DNA from: Gammaproteobacteria bacterium
GTDB taxonomy: Bacteria > Pseudomonadota > Gammaproteobacteria > G965277405
Assembly: GCA_965277405.1 (NCBI GenBank)
Contig: OZ255726.1
Coordinates: 1,248,001 to 1,312,000 of the forward strand
Reading direction: 5' to 3'
Length of the DNA stretch: 64,000 bases
Positions 54,829 through 64,000 of this stretch are shown piece by piece. The stretch's first letter is position 1. Every line of letters starts with the position of its first letter. The notes under the pieces are model-generated. The model worked only from the letters and a program-made list of their open reading frames with translations. It had not been told where the DNA came from and searched no databases. Both the position numbers and the translations under genes were made by a program.

Positions 54829-56026
54829 CCAAAGAGCAACCGCTGTCGGCAGGATTGATAAATGCTTTGTCTCCTGGAATAGTATCGAGAACGTTGTAAT
54901 AGTCCCAATCGCCCTTCATCTCGCTCGGCTTTTTGACTTCCATCAGATACATGTCATAGATCATGCGTCCATTGGCACCGACCTTGCCGTTCTTAGCAAA
55001 CAGATCATTGACCGGCATTGCATGCAGCGCCTTGGCAACGGCTTTGGTGTCGTCAGTACCAACTTTCTTGATTGCTTTAAGGTATTGCAGCACGGCGGAA
55101 TACGTACCTGCATGGTTAGTGTTGGGCATACGCCCGGTACGCGCAAAAAAGCGCTTGCCAAAGGCACGACTCTCGTCGTTGCGATCCCAATAAAACCCTT
55201 CGGTCAACGATAGACCTTGTGCCGCTTTCGCTCCCAGACCATGTACTTCGGCAATGCTGAAAAGTAGTGCAGCAAGGCGCTGGCCGCTTTGAACAATGCC
55301 AAATTCTGCGGCCTGTTTGATGGCGTTGGTGGTGTCGAGTCCAGCATTCGCCAGACCGATGACCTTGGCACCCGATGCCTGTGCCTGCAGCAGGAACGAT
55401 GAAAAGTCGGTTGTGGACAGCGGATGGCGCACTGCACCCAGGACCTTGCCGCCGTTATTCTTGACAAAATTGCTTGTCTGCTCCTCAAGCGAATAACCAA
55501 AGGTGTAGTCGGCGGTGAGGAAAAACCACGTGTCGCCACCATCTGTTACCAGCGCGCCGCCAGTACCAACCGCAAGGGCGTGGGTGTCATAGGCCCAATG
55601 GAAGCCATACGGTGAGCACTGTTCACCTGTTATAACCGTGCTACCCGCACCGGTAACGATGTTGATCTTTTCCTTGTCCTTAGAAATACCCTGGACGGCC
55701 AACGCCACCGAGGATGTCGTTAATTCCATGATCGAATCAACATGGTCGCGATCATACCATTGCCGCGCGATATTGGCGGCAACGTCTGCTTTACTCTGAT
55801 GGTCGGCGGTGATAACTTCGACTGGCTTGCCCAAAACGCTGCCACCAAAATCCTCGACCGCCATTTTGGCAGCTTCATAGGACCATGTGCCGCCGAAGTC
55901 GGCATACACGCCAGACTGGTCGTTCAAGATGCCGATTTTGACAACATTGTCGGAAATTTGTGCTTGTAGGGATGCAGCCGTAGCTGCTGCCATCATTACC
56001 ATACACGTAATTGCAATTTTTTTCAT
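54818..56026 (-). CDS. ABC substrate-binding protein, paralog 2
   Basis: Close paralog of 53117-54331. Confidence 0.92.
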   Translation of the reverse strand: MKKIAITCMVMMAAATAASLQAQISDNVVKIGILNDQSGVYADFGGTWSYEAAKMAVEDFGGSVLGKPVEVITADHQSKADVAANIARQWYDRDHVDSIMELTTSSVALAVQGISKDKEKINIVTGAGSTVITGEQCSPYGFHWAYDTHALAVGTGGALVTDGGDTWFFLTADYTFGYSLEEQTSNFVKNNGGKVLGAVRHPLSTTDFSSFLLQAQASGAKVIGLANAGLDTTNAIKQAAEFGIVQSGQRLAALLFSIAEVHGLGAKAAQGLSLTEGFYWDRNDESRAFGKRFFARTGRMPNTNHAGTYSAVLQYLKAIKKVGTDDTKAVAKALHAMPVNDLFAKNGKVGANGRMIYDMYLMEVKKPSEMKGDWDYYNVLDTIPGDKAFINPADSGCSLVAK

Positions 56027-56314
56027 TGAGGTTCCCCCTTGATAGATATGTGTTGTTTGGTGCTGATATACCGCACCGATGAATTTTAGTTACTCTTTAT
56101 CCTCCATTTTAAGCGGCGGATTGCATCCAGCGTCGGATTGAATCCTTGGATTTGCAGTATAACTTGAGAACTGCCACCAGCAAATACATTCGTGGCTTTT
56201 GTATTGTAAAAATCTTTGCACCTAGCTTTGCACCTATAGCTTTGCAGCTAAATGTATACAGTTATAGCTACAGATTATATGGTGTTAGCATGGCAACAGA
56301 TATTAACGCATACA

Positions 56315-56923
56315 ATGGATGTATTGAATAGTTTAGCAAACAAGCCCATAGCCATTATCCAGCAAGATGGCATTGTTGAATATTACGGTGTTTTCTTAGA
56401 CGCATTGGTGGGAGAAAAATACCTATCCTGCTTCTTAGACGCCATTTGCTGGCAGTCTGATCATGTTGTTATTTTTGGAAAAAACATCTATACCAAACGT
56501 CAAGTTGCTTGGTATGGAGATGAGCCATTTTCATACACATATTCAAATACGACAAAATCTGCATTATATTGGACAAAGGAGCTGCTAGTACTCAAAGCAA
56601 TGGTTGAACGCGCAACAAATGAAACGTTCAATTCCTGTCTACTCAATTTATATCATGCTGGAAGCGAAGGAATGGGGTGGCATAGTGACAATGAGAAAGC
56701 ATTACAACGAAATGCTGCCATTGCTTCGTTGAGTCTTGGCGCAGAGCGAAAATTTTGTTTCAAGCACAAACGAAGCAAGCAAACTGTTGCTCTTGTCTTA
56801 CAGCACGGTAGTTTGTTGATAATGAAGGGTGAAACACAAAGCAACTGGCTGCACCGCCTACCAACAACAACACGGGTTCAGACTGCTCGGGTGAACCTTA
56901 CTTTTAGAACAATGGCGACTTAA
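56315..56923 (+). CDS. AlkB-family 2OG-Fe(II) dioxygenase (ALKBH2/3-like)
   Basis: R.VAWYG, FNSCLLNLY, MGWHSDNE, SLSLGA.R and RVNLTFR. Confidence 0.9.
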   Translation: MDVLNSLANKPIAIIQQDGIVEYYGVFLDALVGEKYLSCFLDAICWQSDHVVIFGKNIYTKRQVAWYGDEPFSYTYSNTTKSALYWTKELLVLKAMVERATNETFNSCLLNLYHAGSEGMGWHSDNEKALQRNAAIASLSLGAERKFCFKHKRSKQTVALVLQHGSLLIMKGETQSNWLHRLPTTTRVQTARVNLTFRTMAT

Positions 56924-56935
56924 TCAGCGGTTTCC
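56915..56935. repeat. Solo MITE/IS TIR-like sequence at the alkB/ratB junction
   Basis: GCGACTTAATCAGCGGTTTCC versus MITE end GCGACTTAATCAGAGGTTCC. Confidence 0.6.
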
Positions 56936-57223
56936 TTGTTGGTTTTGCTGCGCAGCTGCGCGCTCATGAAGCTTTAATGACGCTTGCAGCGGTCGATATA
57001 TTTCAACCCGATCGAGGTGATGTAATTCTGTTGCAAGTGTACAAATCTTCCCCCAGATACCAATTGCGTTTTGCTGTATTTCAGGAAAATACAAATACAC
57101 TTCACTCGCGCTAAGCGCTTGCGCTACGGTGGACCCTCTGTCAATTTCTAGCGTTTTTTCAAAATGATAATCAACAAGTGCATACAGCACTGTGATTGTT
57201 ATCTGCGCGTTATTGGTGTGCAT
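56924..57223 (-). CDS. RnfH/RatB-family ubiquitin-like protein
   Basis: GIWGK and DRVEIYRPL; follows ratA. Confidence 0.85.
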   Translation of the reverse strand: MHTNNAQITITVLYALVDYHFEKTLEIDRGSTVAQALSASEVYLYFPEIQQNAIGIWGKICTLATELHHLDRVEIYRPLQASLKLHERAAAQQNQQGNR

Positions 57224-57225
57224 TG

Positions 57226-57642
57226 CTATTGCTGGCGTTGCAAACTATCAAAAATATTATCAAAAACAGCATCGAACATTATATCAAACGCTTTGCCGAG
57301 CAATTTGTTCGTGAATTGATATTGCGCTGCAAAAGCAACATCCGTGGTCATAGCATCGACTGCCTTAAACTCCCAGACTGCCGAAAAAGCAGAAAAAGGA
57401 CCTTTGACTAGATTCATAGTTATTGATGTAGGTTGTATTCTGGTGTTCTGCGTTCGAATAGTGTAACTGACTAGCCCTTTGCCCAGCTTAAGTTGCGCGT
57501 CGACCATTGCATCTGTGCGCCGAATAACTTCAACGTGCTGGCAATAGGTGATTATTGAGGGATAGTCCTCAACGTTATCAACCAAGTCGAATACCTTTGC
57601 TTGCGCTAGCCGCATGATTTTGCGTTTATGCAGGGTTGTCAT
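57226..57642 (-). CDS. RatA/PasT (Coq10-like START domain) protein
   Basis: FDLVDNVEDYP and MNLVKGPFS...W.F. Confidence 0.85.
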   Translation of the reverse strand: MTTLHKRKIMRLAQAKVFDLVDNVEDYPSIITYCQHVEVIRRTDAMVDAQLKLGKGLVSYTIRTQNTRIQPTSITMNLVKGPFSAFSAVWEFKAVDAMTTDVAFAAQYQFTNKLLGKAFDIMFDAVFDNIFDSLQRQQ

Positions 57643-57650
57643 CGCTGTAC

Positions 57651-59495
57651 CTACAGCAAGCTATCAATCGCTGCGACATCACGAACACCGCCTTTATCTG
57701 CACTGCTGGCAAAAGCGGCATATGCTTTCAATGCGGTCGATATTTTGCGTTGTCGTAATGCAGCCGGCTTCCAGCCTTTCACATCTTGTGCTTGACGCCG
57801 CTGTGCAAGTTGTTGTTCGTCAATGTCGAGTCGCAGTAAGCGTTGCGCAATGTCAATTGTAATGCTATCACCATCTTCAATTAACCCAATAGCACCACCA
57901 CTTGCAGCTTCTGGCGAAATATGCCCAATCGAAAGCCCGCTAGTGCCGCCTGAAAATCGACCATCAGTAATCAAGGCACACGCTGCACCTAGCCCTTTAG
58001 ATTTTAGATAACTCGTTGGATACAGCATTTCCTGCATCCCTGGGCCGCCTTTTGGGCCTTCATAGCGAATGACAACAACGTCACCAACCGTAATTTTATC
58101 GTCAAGAATGGCTGTCACCGCAGCATCTTGGCTTTCAAAAACTTGTGCTTTTCCTTGGAAAAAGTGAAGCGATGAATCAACTCCAGCTGTTTTTAGCACA
58201 CAGCCATCTTCTGCAATATTTCCGTACAATACGGCAAGACCGCCCTCTGTACTATAAGCATTTTGCAGGTTGCGAATGCAGCCGTTTTTGCGGTCGATAT
58301 CGAGCGTTGGCCAGCGAGTATCTTGGCTAAACGCCTGCTGTGTTGGAATTCCTGCTGGCCCTGCACGAAAAAACTTTGCGAGTTTCTCGTCGCAATTTAC
58401 GGTTATGTCCCATTGTGCTAGCGCTGTTGCCATATTTTTTGCGTGGACGAGCGAAACATCCGTGTGGAGCAACCCCGCACGATCCAATTCACCAAGTAAT
58501 GCAAAAATACCACCAGCACGGTGTACATCTTCCACATGGTATTGCGGGACATTTGGTGCAACTTTACACAGTTGCGGGACAACGTGTGACAATCTATTAA
58601 TATCTTCCATAGTGAAGTCTACTGCGGCTTCTTGCGCAATCGCCAACAAATGCAGAATTGTGTTGGTTGACCCTCCCATGGCGATATCGAGCGTCATCGC
58701 ATTTTCAAAGGCCTTTTTACTTGCTATTGATCGCGGTAATACCGACGTATCATCTTGTTCATAATAGCGTCTAGTGATTGTCACAATAGTGTTCGCCGCC
58801 CGCAAAAATAATTGTTCTCTATCAGCATGGGTGGCTAAAGTCGTCCCATTGCCTGGTAATGCTAAGCCAATGGCCTCGGCCAGGCAGTTCATCGAATTTG
58901 CGGTAAACATCCCCGAACAACTCCCGCATGTTGGACATGCAGAGCGTTCATATTCTGCTACTTTTTCATGACTGGCGTTGCTATTTGCTGCGATAACCAT
59001 CGCATCAACAAGGTCAAGCCGATGCTCTGCTAGTTTTGTTTTACCAGCTTCCATCGGGCCGCCAGACACAAAAATGGCTGGAATGTTCAGTCGTGCCGCA
59101 GCCATCAGCATCCCTGGGGTTATTTTATCGCAATTAGAAATACACACTAGCGCATCGGCACAGTGGGCGTTGACCATATATTCCACGGCATCTGCAATCA
59201 GTTCACGACTCGGTAAGCTGTATAACATGCCGTCATGTCCCATGGCGATGCCATCGTCAACAGCAATTGTGTTGAATTCTTTTGCGACACCACCAGCACG
59301 CTCAATTTCTCTGGCAACTAGTTGTCCCATATTGTGCAGATGGACGTGACCTGGGACAAATTGGGTGAATGAGTTGGCTATGGCAATAATAGGTTTATCG
59401 AAGTCGCCATCTTGCATTCCTGTGGCACGCCAGAGTGCGCGCGCACCTGCCATGTTGCGACCTTGAGTTGTGGTATGCGATCGATACTGTGGCAT
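57651..59495 (-). CDS. ilvD: Dihydroxy-acid dehydratase
   Basis: Start MPQYRS; [35 protein letters not shown] and TDGRFSG. Confidence 0.96.
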   Translation of the reverse strand: MPQYRSHTTTQGRNMAGARALWRATGMQDGDFDKPIIAIANSFTQFVPGHVHLHNMGQLVAREIERAGGVAKEFNTIAVDDGIAMGHDGMLYSLPSRELIADAVEYMVNAHCADALVCISNCDKITPGMLMAAARLNIPAIFVSGGPMEAGKTKLAEHRLDLVDAMVIAANSNASHEKVAEYERSACPTCGSCSGMFTANSMNCLAEAIGLALPGNGTTLATHADREQLFLRAANTIVTITRRYYEQDDTSVLPRSIASKKAFENAMTLDIAMGGSTNTILHLLAIAQEAAVDFTMEDINRLSHVVPQLCKVAPNVPQYHVEDVHRAGGIFALLGELDRAGLLHTDVSLVHAKNMATALAQWDITVNCDEKLAKFFRAGPAGIPTQQAFSQDTRWPTLDIDRKNGCIRNLQNAYSTEGGLAVLYGNIAEDGCVLKTAGVDSSLHFFQGKAQVFESQDAAVTAILDDKITVGDVVVIRYEGPKGGPGMQEMLYPTSYLKSKGLGAACALITDGRFSGGTSGLSIGHISPEAASGGAIGLIEDGDSITIDIAQRLLRLDIDEQQLAQRRQAQDVKGWKPAALRQRKISTALKAYAAFASSADKGGVRDVAAIDSLL

Positions 59496-59503
59496 AAAAG
59501 TAG

Positions 59504-60400
59504 TTAATTTGAAAAGGAAACTGGTCTGCGTTGGCACCAAGCAATATAGCTGACAACCAGTATAATAATGGTTGCACCAATTGCTTGATACAAGGTAAAT
59601 GGCACTGAAAATAATATCAACGCCATGATAACCGCAAACAGCGGCTCCAATGCAAACAATCCAATTGTTCGTGTTACCCCAAGTCTGGCAATAGCTTGAC
59701 TGTTCGCCCAAAGAGCAAATACCGTATTAAATAGTGCAATAGACACATACCACTTCCAATACGCCAAGATAACCACTTGGTCAAGTTGAAAAAATATAAT
59801 ATACAGCAATGTCACTGCTGCAACTGGGCGTAACATCCACGCGACTAAAACCAATTTTGGCAGTTCTTTTGGCACAAAGCGGTATAGAGCATAAAACCAG
59901 CCAATACTGAATCCTGCTAACAAACCGCAAATAACCCCAAACGTATCTAGCGCAATCTCGCCGCCCCAAAATAGCATTGCTACCCCTACCAACATCGTCA
60001 ACATTGCCAGTAATACCCGCTTTTGAAAGGCTTCTTTAAAGACGATGACATTCAAGACATAACCGATAGCAGGAAATGTATAAAACAAGCAAATGGCAAT
60101 AATTGGGGTGACGTTTGCAAGCGATAAATACAGAAAAGTATTCCCGCAAAAAAAGCATACCCCTAGCATTGAAATCCAAAAGCGTGCGCGTATTGGTATT
60201 TTTGGTCGCGGGGTTCTGCAAGATAAAATCTCTGCAAAAATGTAGGCCAACAGCGTACGCATGCCAATCAACGTGGTTGCAAATATGCCATGCTGGATTG
60301 CTACCGTTGCCACAATGCCGCTTGAGGCAAAACTAAATATTGCCGCTATCGCCCAAACAACACCGACTGAAACAATTGTTTGTTGGCTATTGCTGCCCAT
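59504..60400 (-). CDS. EamA/DMT-family transporter
   Basis: About 10 hydrophobic segments, FYTFP and LEPLFA; start MGSNSQ. Confidence 0.8.
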   Translation of the reverse strand: MGSNSQQTIVSVGVVWAIAAIFSFASSGIVATVAIQHGIFATTLIGMRTLLAYIFAEILSCRTPRPKIPIRARFWISMLGVCFFCGNTFLYLSLANVTPIIAICLFYTFPAIGYVLNVIVFKEAFQKRVLLAMLTMLVGVAMLFWGGEIALDTFGVICGLLAGFSIGWFYALYRFVPKELPKLVLVAWMLRPVAAVTLLYIIFFQLDQVVILAYWKWYVSIALFNTVFALWANSQAIARLGVTRTIGLFALEPLFAVIMALILFSVPFTLYQAIGATIIILVVSYIAWCQRRPVSFSN

Positions 60401-61344
60401 TATAGTTCGGCTCGGTAGCCATTCACGACACCCTTTGAGGCAATTGCAACTGCATCGTGTTCGTGGAGGCTTTCTAAATGATCGACGCGCAACCAATAAT
60501 CTTCGATATAGTGTTGCTCATTCAGTGCCAGTTTAATCCGCCGCGCTGCGTCTTCACAAAACATGGTGTTCAGTGCATTGATCCGCGCAAATTCTTGTTC
60601 ATCTTCACGTTTTACAGCTGTTTGCACGCGGGTTTGTAATGATTGTTCAATACAATCAATCACGGCAACAATCGGCCAATCCGCATCCATACTGGTGCGA
60701 ATTTTAATATGTGCGTAGCTGCGTTGGCTATGCGGTGTAGCTGCTAATTGATCTTCTGTGCGCATCCATGCAATCACTTGCTGTGGGTCAACCATGGTAG
60801 CTGTGCCAAATGTAGCTGCAAATGAATCGGCAATTAATTGTTGTGATAATGCCGTTGAACATGGACAGGTTGATGAATAAGCTACTTTGACAGATATGTC
60901 GCATTGGCCGCCTGCAGGGCCGTCAGTCAAGTTGATAGTAACAGGATACGAGCGCCAGCCTGCGTTACCAGACAGCAATGATGGCTGCTTAATAGGTAAT
61001 AGAAATGCGATAGAAATGCGAGCTGTATCAGATATTTCTGCATGCGATATAATACATTTTTTAAGCAGCTGCTTTCCTTTTGCCGCGCTTAAAGTCGCCA
61101 GCTCTTCAGTGTGTAAGTACAAGCGTGACATATGAATGCCACGCGTATTCGCCACGGTTAAATTAACGAACACTTGCAATGTTGCCTGTACCGCAAATGT
61201 TGTTGATTGTTCTATAATATTCATAGGTTGGCGAATATTTGCCATGCCAACCCAATCAAGCATGCTCGAGTGTTGTATGGTTGACACAGCTATATCTGGA
61301 AGCTGGTCAGTTGGATGGTGTAATGTCTGTGCTGGTGGTTTCAT
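60400..61344 (-). CDS. folE2: GTP cyclohydrolase IB
   Basis: RGIHMSRL, YSSTCPCS, PHSQRS, FCEDAARR and ESLH.HDA. Confidence 0.93.
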   Translation of the reverse strand: MKPPAQTLHHPTDQLPDIAVSTIQHSSMLDWVGMANIRQPMNIIEQSTTFAVQATLQVFVNLTVANTRGIHMSRLYLHTEELATLSAAKGKQLLKKCIISHAEISDTARISIAFLLPIKQPSLLSGNAGWRSYPVTINLTDGPAGGQCDISVKVAYSSTCPCSTALSQQLIADSFAATFGTATMVDPQQVIAWMRTEDQLAATPHSQRSYAHIKIRTSMDADWPIVAVIDCIEQSLQTRVQTAVKREDEQEFARINALNTMFCEDAARRIKLALNEQHYIEDYWLRVDHLESLHEHDAVAIASKGVVNGYRAEL

Positions 61345-61503
61345 ATCGAGAAAAAACAATGCTAAATAGTAATGAATGAATAAGACGGTTGCTAATATCA
61401 AGCGCAAGAGTGAATGACAAATGCTGCAAATGCTGCAAATGCTAGTAGTAGTTCAACAATCGTAATTCTGAATTGTACGTACAAGGATAGATACTAATTT
61501 TTT

Positions 61504-62571
61504 ATGTTTTTACATTTTCTAAAAAACTGGGCAAATCGCTACTTAGGTAGCGAAGAAACCATTGTCGTTTTCTTGTTATTAGCGGGGGTTTTCGCGCTGA
61601 TTTATTTTTTCTCTGCAACGTTAATGCCAGTGTTAATTGCCTTAATACTCAGCTTTGTGTTAGTGCCATTAACACAAAAAATAGAAAGCTTTGGTGTTTC
61701 GTCAACGCTGGCAGTTAGCATCGTTATGGCACTATTTGTTGGTCTGCTTGCTACAGCATTGGTATTTATAATCCCACTGCTGACCCAACAACTACAAACG
61801 CTATTATTAAATATACCTAGCATTATTGCAGCAGCAAAAGCTTGGACGCTGGCTATACAACAATTATACCCTGTTGTGCCATGGGAGTTGCTGCAGCAAG
61901 GTTTCGAATCATTCCGAGACTCGATCATAAATTTTGGCAAAAGTATCATCAACACTTCATTAAGTTCAATCACATCGATTGCCTCAATATCGATGTACGT
62001 GATTATAGTTCCAATTTTAATGTTTTTTATGCTGCAAGACCGCCATACATTGATTCGGCAAATCAAACATGTGTTACCACCAGAAAACTCTTTGATGATC
62101 GATTTATGGCAGCAGATGCGCAGAATGATTCGCTTATACCTGCAAAACAAACTCGTTGAATTTGTCATCGTTACCGCAGGGACTTGGCTGGTACTGGGGG
62201 CATTTACGTTACAGTATGCATTACTCTTAAGTGTGGTAACCGGCATCGCCGTAATTATTCCATACGTTGGCACACTTATTGCTTTTGTTCCAGTTGTGCT
62301 GGTTGGCTTTGCTCAGTGGGGCGCTAGCGCTACGCTGTTGTATTGCTGTTTTGCATATCTGGCTATTCAAGCCCTTGATGCATATATTGTGGTGCCGCTG
62401 TTATTTTCAGACTCAATGAACTTACGCCCACTCTGGGTATTACTGGCGTTACTATTGTTTAGTAGTATTTGGGGTGTCTGGGGGATTGTGCTGGCGATAC
62501 CTTTGGCAACGCTTATCAAAGTGCTTATTAGCTCATGGCCAGTAGTAAATATCAATTTAGAAAATCAATAG
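61504..62571 (+). CDS. AI-2E family transporter (PerM-like)
   Basis: IPYVG, PLLFS, L.P..V and AIPLA motifs; multi-TM. Confidence 0.85.
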   Translation: MFLHFLKNWANRYLGSEETIVVFLLLAGVFALIYFFSATLMPVLIALILSFVLVPLTQKIESFGVSSTLAVSIVMALFVGLLATALVFIIPLLTQQLQTLLLNIPSIIAAAKAWTLAIQQLYPVVPWELLQQGFESFRDSIINFGKSIINTSLSSITSIASISMYVIIVPILMFFMLQDRHTLIRQIKHVLPPENSLMIDLWQQMRRMIRLYLQNKLVEFVIVTAGTWLVLGAFTLQYALLLSVVTGIAVIIPYVGTLIAFVPVVLVGFAQWGASATLLYCCFAYLAIQALDAYIVVPLLFSDSMNLRPLWVLLALLLFSSIWGVWGIVLAIPLATLIKVLISSWPVVNINLENQ

Positions 62572-62580
62572 GGGAATATT

Positions 62581-63318
62581 ATTAACCACTTTGGCTTTGA
62601 AAAAGTTACCGACAAAGTAAAACAGCAGCGCGTCAATGGGGTGTTTACTGCGGTTGCAGCGAACTATGATATAATGAACGATGCCATGTCTTTTGGCATG
62701 CACCGTAACTGGAAAGCAGCAACGCTGCGTTTAGCAATGTTACGCCAAGGGATGGCTGTTTTAGATGTGGCGACTGGCAGCGGTGATCTTGCGTTGGCAA
62801 TTGCCAAGCAGGTATTGCCAGATGGGCAGGTGACTGTCAGTGATATAAACGCAGCAATGCTGGCGATCGCTACCACCAAGCTCATTGATAATGGGTTTTG
62901 GAAAAATGTTGCATTTGTTGCAGCAAATGCAGAAAAACTTCCGTTTGAAACCAGCACATATGATGTTATCACTATCGCGTTTGGGCTGCGCAATGTCGCA
63001 CGCATCCCCACAGCATTACAAGAGTTTCTGCGCGTGCTCAAGCCTGGTGGACGCTTATTAGTGACTGAATTCTCTAAGCCAGTCAGTCCTGTCATGCAAA
63101 CACTCTACGACAAGTATTCGTTTAATATCATCCCGCGCATGGGCGCAATGATTGCAAAAGACCGAGCAAGTTATCAGTATCTAGTCGAGTCAATTCGGAT
63201 GCATCCTGACCAACAAACACTGCAAAAAATGATTGAGCAACAAGGTTTTGTGGAATGTGGTTATACCAATCTCACTGGAGGCATTGCAGCCATCCACACA
63301 GGCTATAAACCGTATTAA
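62581..63318 (+). CDS. ubiE: Ubiquinone/menaquinone C-methyltransferase (start uncertain: ATT 62581 or GTG 62641)
   Basis: HFGF, YDIMNDAMSFG, LDVATGSGD, AFGLRNV and YQYLVESIR. Confidence 0.92.
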   Translation: MNHFGFEKVTDKVKQQRVNGVFTAVAANYDIMNDAMSFGMHRNWKAATLRLAMLRQGMAVLDVATGSGDLALAIAKQVLPDGQVTVSDINAAMLAIATTKLIDNGFWKNVAFVAANAEKLPFETSTYDVITIAFGLRNVARIPTALQEFLRVLKPGGRLLVTEFSKPVSPVMQTLYDKYSFNIIPRMGAMIAKDRASYQYLVESIRMHPDQQTLQKMIEQQGFVECGYTNLTGGIAAIHTGYKPY

Positions 63319-64000
63319 TTTGTTTCATCAGCGCTACCTTTTCTCTCAAGCAAGATAATAATGTCCTGCAGCGCATCAGCTGAGGAATATTTTAATTGCA
63401 ACATCCCTTTGCCAGACGAATGATGATGGATACGAATTGGCATCCCAACTGACTGGGTTAGCCTTTCTTGCAGTTCTTGAATATCGCGGTCAACTATTGT
63501 TTCTGGTTTTTGTTGCGGCGCTGCAATCATTTGTTCAGTCGCCCGCACGCTCATTTTTTTATCTATAACCCGCTGTGCAAACTTCGTCTGCTGTGGTCCA
63601 GCAACAGCCAAAACCGCACGCGCATGACCCATTTCTATCTTTCCTTGGCGTACCATTTGTTTGACCGCTTCATTCAACTGGTTTAAGCGCATCAAATTTG
63701 CAACAGTAGATCTTGATTTTCCAACACGCTGCGCGAGTTTTTCTTGTGTTAAACCATACACTTGCATCAACTCAGACAACGCTAATGCTTGTTCAATAGC
63801 ATTCAAGTCTTCGCGTTGAATGTTTTCAATCAACGCCTGCTCACGCGATTCATCATCTGCTGAATTCCGTATCACTGCAGGTATTGTCGCCAATTCGGCG
63901 ATTTGACACGATCTCCAGCGCCGTTCACCAACAATAATTTCATACTTTACATGCGGGTCATTATCTACACATGAGCGCACGATAATTGGCTGAATAACGC
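63315..64000 (-). CDS. parB: ParB chromosome partitioning protein (5' end outside the window)
   Basis: GERRWR, ALIENIQREDLNAIE, HTH and MGHARA. Confidence 0.92.
   Translation of the reverse strand, partial: VIQPIIVRSCVDNDPHVKYEIIVGERRWRSCQIAELATIPAVIRNSADDESREQALIENIQREDLNAIEQALALSELMQVYGLTQEKLAQRVGKSRSTVANLMRLNQLNEAVKQMVRQGKIEMGHARAVLAVAGPQQTKFAQRVIDKKMSVRATEQMIAAPQQKPETIVDRDIQELQERLTQSVGMPIRIHHHSSGKGMLQLKYSSADALQDIIILLERKGSADETN

Larger units (their letters stand above)
52799..56224. repeat. ~1.7-kb tandem duplication (units 52799-54511 and 54512-56224)
   Basis: Both units start ATCCGTGCCACGCG and end AATCTTTGCACCTA. Confidence 0.9.

Noticed and set aside
52604-55213. Long plus-strand ORFs (302 and 236 aa) opposite the ABC genes
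   Set aside because: Antisense shadows of GC-richer coding sequence, repeated because of the duplication.
59496-59711. N-terminal extension of IlvD, and similar extensions for phoU, ctaG, the EamA gene and folE2
   Set aside because: Most overlap upstream genes, and the family-typical starts lie downstream.

Overview
Chromosomal window from a gammaproteobacterium with compact, rather AT-rich core genes. Heavy IS load, broken operons and divergent housekeeping proteins suggest a host-associated lineage in early genome erosion (inference). Core content: phoB-phoU-pstBAC, a tRNA-Ile/tRNA-Ala/23S/5S unit with its own rrn-type promoter but no 16S gene, lolB, gshA, two OmpA-domain proteins, ribH-nusB-pgpA, hslVU, cytochrome c oxidase genes, mnmA, gatAB (no gatC), SPOR-argS-tolC, dxs, mltF-like, trpC, ratAB, ilvD, folE2, ubiE and a partial parB. 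The dominant accessory signal is one IS5-family terminal-inverted-repeat (TIR) system, GGAAKCTCTGATTAAG with YTAR target tetramers. It occurs as intact IS copies, a frameshifted sub-lineage, a ~285-295 bp highly structured MITE whose stems covary, 47-bp mini-elements and a 33-bp scar. These elements sit end-to-end in trains separated by exactly 4 bp, and they repeatedly abut or supply stop codons. TIR sequences also bracket a ~13.9 kb accessory block between trpC and ratB that holds GDPD, a 3-hydroxybutyrate dehydrogenase, a GMC oxidoreductase, a Liv-type ABC transporter with a duplicated and diverging binding protein, and AlkB. All calls come from reading the sequence and the ORF track; no database searches were run.
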